Assembly: GCF_001194135.2 (NCBI RefSeq)
Contig: NC_068990.1
Coordinates: forward strand, 41,770,540-41,808,245
Origin: Octopus bimaculoides
Taxonomy: Eukaryota
Length of the DNA: 37,706 bases
Reading direction: 5' to 3'
Part shown: positions 33,774-37,706 of the stretch, piece by piece
Position numbering within the stretch: the stretch's first letter is position 1
Layout: the number at the start of each line of letters is the position of its first letter
The notes under the pieces: model-generated
Told to the model about the DNA's origin: nothing
Database searches by the model: none
What the model saw: the letters and a program-made list of their open reading frames with translations, nothing else
Program-made: the position numbers and the translations under genes

Positions 33774-35403
33774 CTCATGTTGTTCACGTTTTTTTTTTGA
33801 CGTCCTGTAGAAATATGTGCCTGTGTATATACATATATATGTAGGTATGTACATGTATGTATATATGCATATATATNNNNNNNNNNNNNNNNNNNNNNNN
33901 NNNNNNNNNNNNNNNNNNNNNNNNNNNNNNNNNNNNNNNNNNNNNNNNNNNNNNNNNNNNNNNNNNNNNNNNNNNNNNNNNNNNNNNNNNNNNNNNNNNN
34001 NNNNNNNNNNNNNNNNNNNNNNNNNNNNNNNNNNNNNNNNNNNNNNNNNNNNNNNNNNNNNNNNNNNNNNNNNNNNNNNNNNNNNNNNNNNNNNNNNNNN
34101 NNNNNNNNNNNNNNNNNNNNNNNNNNNNNNNNNNNNNNNNNNNNNNNNNNNNNNNNNNNNNNNNNNNNNNNNNNNNNNNNNNNNNNNNNNNNNNNNNNNN
34201 NNNNNNNNNNNNNNNNNNNNNNNNNNNNNNNNNNNNNNNNNNNNNNNNNNNNNNNNNNNNNNNNNNNNNNNNNNNNNNNNNNNNNNNNNNNNNNNNNATA
34301 TATATATACATACATGCATAACTATATTCAAATATAATAAGAGCACGCAAATATCGAAATACGCGCACTCATACGCACGCATGCATTTCATAGACGCTAC
34401 TCCCTACCCCGTACATACACACATACAAGTCATAATGAGAGATGTTTCGAAGGCATTCTCCTTGAAGAAAGATAACATTTACCAAAAGTGACACCCTACC
34501 CTATGCTAATTCCATTCCTACCACTGCAAATAACGTCTCCCTACATCTTGTTTCCTACCCTACCCAACATTCCAACCCCAGTCACATCTGACTGGTAATA
34601 ACAAACATTATTTTTACTCGAGACTTGGCAATTTGTTACACATTGGCCCCTAAAATTCCAATTTGAAATGTAATTTTCAGAAACCCCTTAGTTTGCCTCT
34701 ACCCCTACTTTACTGCCAACCAATACACATGAAGAACTAGTATCAACACATGGAAAATTGGTATCATCATGGGCAACTTAATATGGTCGCTCAACGTAAT
34801 TGAAATAGTAGCTAAATTTTTCCTCGTGGTATACTTTGTTTTAAAAAAGGAATCAGACAAGAAAAATACGGATGAATGGTCCAAAACCTTTCTCTAAATT
34901 ATGAGACGGCTGCTAGCGACATATGCCTGGAATATCATTAATCATTAAGTCTGCTTGCTCAGGAATGATCTGGTTGTCACTAACACTAACAAAGGCGCAT
35001 GGAGAAGCGCATGTACTTCGTGATATCCTTGTAGGTTTCCTAAATGCATACTTACAGTTCTAGGCACAATGCAACGATATCATCAATATCATTAGCATTA
35101 ACCTCAGCACCTCGATGATGATGAGGAGGAAGAGAAGCAAAAACGACAAAGACGAGAACAACAACAGAAACAACACGTATACGTTTTCCCAAACGAAGAA
35201 CAAAAGCCAGTTTCAATGCAGATATTACAGTAGCCCTGCTGCTTACGTTTCTACTCACAGAGAGACTGAATATTATGCCTAAAAGTGAGGGAATCTCTAC
35301 ATGGCAGTGATATGTAACCAAAAAAAAAAAAAAAATCTCCATGCCAAAAGCGACGCACAGAGGAAAATCCATATCTCTGCATCTTCAATAATAATAATAA
35401 TGA

Positions 35404-35612
35404 TTTATAATAAGGCACAAGGTCTGACACTTTGGAGTGGAAACGCTCGTCGATGTAATCAATCCCAGTGATTAACTGGTACTCATTTTATCGGATCCGA
35501 AAGGATGAAAGGCAAAGCCGACCTCGACGGAAATTGTGCCTAGAACAGAAAAACGAACAAAATCTTGGGAAGCATTTTGTCCGATGCACTACGGGTTCTG
35601 CTAGTTGGAGTT
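35404..35612 (-). mobile_element. SINE family A, diverged
   Basis: GTCGATGTAATC.A.CCCAG..ACTGGTACT.ATTTTATCG..CCGAAAGGATGAAAGGCAAAG.CGACCTCG.CGGAA; (TAA)n at the tail. Confidence 0.85.
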
Positions 35613-36043
35613 TCCCTTATGCTTATAAAGCAACTTCTGGAAGAAACTTTAGCCTATATGTAAAGCCTTATCTCCTTCATTTGTTGAGGAAGGGTTTATG
35701 GCACCGGGTATTTGGTTTTCAACATTGAGAGCTGAGCGAAAAAAGCAACCAGAACTGATGTGTGAATAACCTGTCCATAGACTTGTTGTACAATATGCGG
35801 GACAATACAACATGAATGCAAGGTATGTAGCATAGGAAATGACGTTGGTGTTTGCCTCATCGTTAGCGTTGTGGTTTAGTATGCAGAGGGTACATAGTGA
35901 AGAGAGAAAACTCCTCATGAAGTCGAGGAAGTGTTTGGTACATAAATACAAATGGCTCCTGAAAGCTGCAGAGTCATTCTGAAGCTCTGCCAAAGAATAA
36001 AGTACACCAACCTACAGAGAAGGGGAACTGACATTTGATATTC

Positions 36044-36580
36044 AAGTGTCTTGACTAAGAACATAATACATGTCTAGACTTCTTTGAATAAGACCAGATG
36101 TTCCACAGCGTCTTCATCAAAGACAATGATTTCAGAGTACCTTCACCGAGAACGAACTACTAATACCAAATGTTCTAACCAACATGTTCCTGTTATAGAA
36201 TGTATTGGGCATAGACATAGTATAGTCATACAATTTCTTGTCGAAGAACGAGCTAAAGTTCCAAAGAGTCGTATCGAAGAGTAGGCTACAGTTCCTTAAT
36301 GTCTTAACCAAGAACAAGCAACTGCTTTAGAATGTCTTGACGAAGAACAAGCAAGTGATCCAGAATGTTTTGAACAAAAGAAAGTTACACTTTTCAAAGT
36401 GTTTTAACAGAGAACGCAATACTGTTTCAGAGCATCTTGACTAAGACCAAACCAAGGTCTGGATCATAAACAAAGAACTCTCCCAGAATAGTTCGACCAG
36501 CTACAAGCTACTCCTGTATATTGTTTAACTCAACAACAAGCTATTTTTCCAATGTTCCTTCACCATGCACTCACAGTACT
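36044..36580. repeat. Highly degenerate 33-bp tandem array (~16 units)
   Basis: Units are in exact phase at 36198, 36231, 36264, 36297, 36330 and 36363, and again at 36486 and 36519; approximate consensus GAATGTCTTGACCAAGAACAAGCTACTGTTCCA. Confidence 0.8.
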
Positions 36581-37224
36581 ATTTTACTTTTTTGACGCAG
36601 CGATACTCACCTGCTCTTTTGTCAAAGTTTTTGAAACAAAAGGAAACTATTGTTTCTCGGAAGTATCTTTCGTTCATGCGATGATGGCTGTGTGTACATT
36701 TTTCACCATTTAACTCATAGTTAATTTATTGAACAATAATAAAACAATAATTGTTTAAATCAATTTTCAGGGTGTTCAGTGTTCAAATTTTCATCATGAA
36801 ACACCATCAAGTTACTACATGAACATATACATATTCATACATACACATACACAGATACACACACAAGCTGGCACACATATATCGTACACACACAGAAAGA
36901 CACATGTAGACACACACACTCACACGTATATATATAGAAATGTGTATACACATGTTATATGAAGTTTATATGGCATTAAAATTTTGTTTAAATTTTGCTC
37001 TCCCTTCTTTGTTATGCGAGTCACTTAATGGGGACAACTTATAAAGGTGACCTAGATTTTAACACCAATCTTTAAGTCAGTTAAAAGTAAAGTGAAGCCA
37101 AAACTCCACCTCATTTTAATTGGATGGAAGAAATTTCTAAATAAAATGAAACATGATCCCAGCAGCGTGTTTAAAACAAGGGGAAAGAAAGAGATAAGGA
37201 GAGAGCGAAAGAGCGTGAGAGAGA

Positions 37225-37239
37225 GAGAGAGAAAGAAAT

Positions 37240-37271
<32 letters not shown>

Positions 37272-37488
37272 TATAATGTATGTATGTATGCATGTATGTA
37301 TATATGTATATACGTGTATATGTGTGTTTGTGTATATATGTAGAGATGCATGTATATGTACACACACGCACACATGGTTTGCGTATATGTGTTAGTATGT
37401 GTGTTCGTATGTGTTAGACAAGTTGAGATGTAATCTGTTTAGTCCTTGTGGGTTTTCTGATATACAACATACACAGACACACATATAC

Positions 37489-37558
<70 letters not shown>

Positions 37559-37560
37559 TA
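37225..37560. repeat. (GA)n, (TA)n, (TG)n and (CA)n low-complexity block
   Basis: Direct reading of the sequence. Confidence 0.9.
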
Positions 37561-37706
37561 TTTTGCTTAAAAGAGTTCCAACACTGTCTGTTTTTTATGT
37601 TTTATTTATATTCCTGCAGAACTAATGTGCGGTATAGAATATGGAATATACAATATATAATATAATATACAATATATAATATAACATATAATATAAAATA
37701 AAATAA

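Noticed and set aside
35649-35993. 114-aa minus-strand ORF
   Set aside because: No recognisable domain, splice context or codon signal.
36044-36580. CRISPR-like array
   Set aside because: Contiguous degenerate units without unique spacers, in a eukaryotic context with no cas genes.

Overview
AT-rich, microsatellite-dense animal genomic DNA, either intronic or intergenic, with 14 assembly gaps (about 4.8 kb of N), most flanked by simple repeats. The SINE families and repeat landscape suggest a coleoid cephalopod such as Octopus; this is an inference. No intact protein-coding gene, rRNA, tRNA gene or CRISPR array can be supported. The recognisable content is decayed retroelements: two Tx1/L1-clade 3' fragments in tandem (+), five R4/Dong-like (RLE-type) fragments (all on -), a 2.1-kb Penelope-like RT fragment lying between the two halves of a SINE, and about a dozen tRNA-derived SINE pieces from three families. 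Structures these do not explain include a 153-bp hairpin with 74-bp arms, an 88-bp spacerless palindrome, a duplicated ~225-bp module with conserved blocks, a ~170-bp-unit repeat cluster, a cryptic 33-bp-period array and a few small candidate exons of an unidentified host gene. I found no convincing novel multi-gene system. Most long ORFs in the supplied track are artefacts of microsatellites or N-runs.
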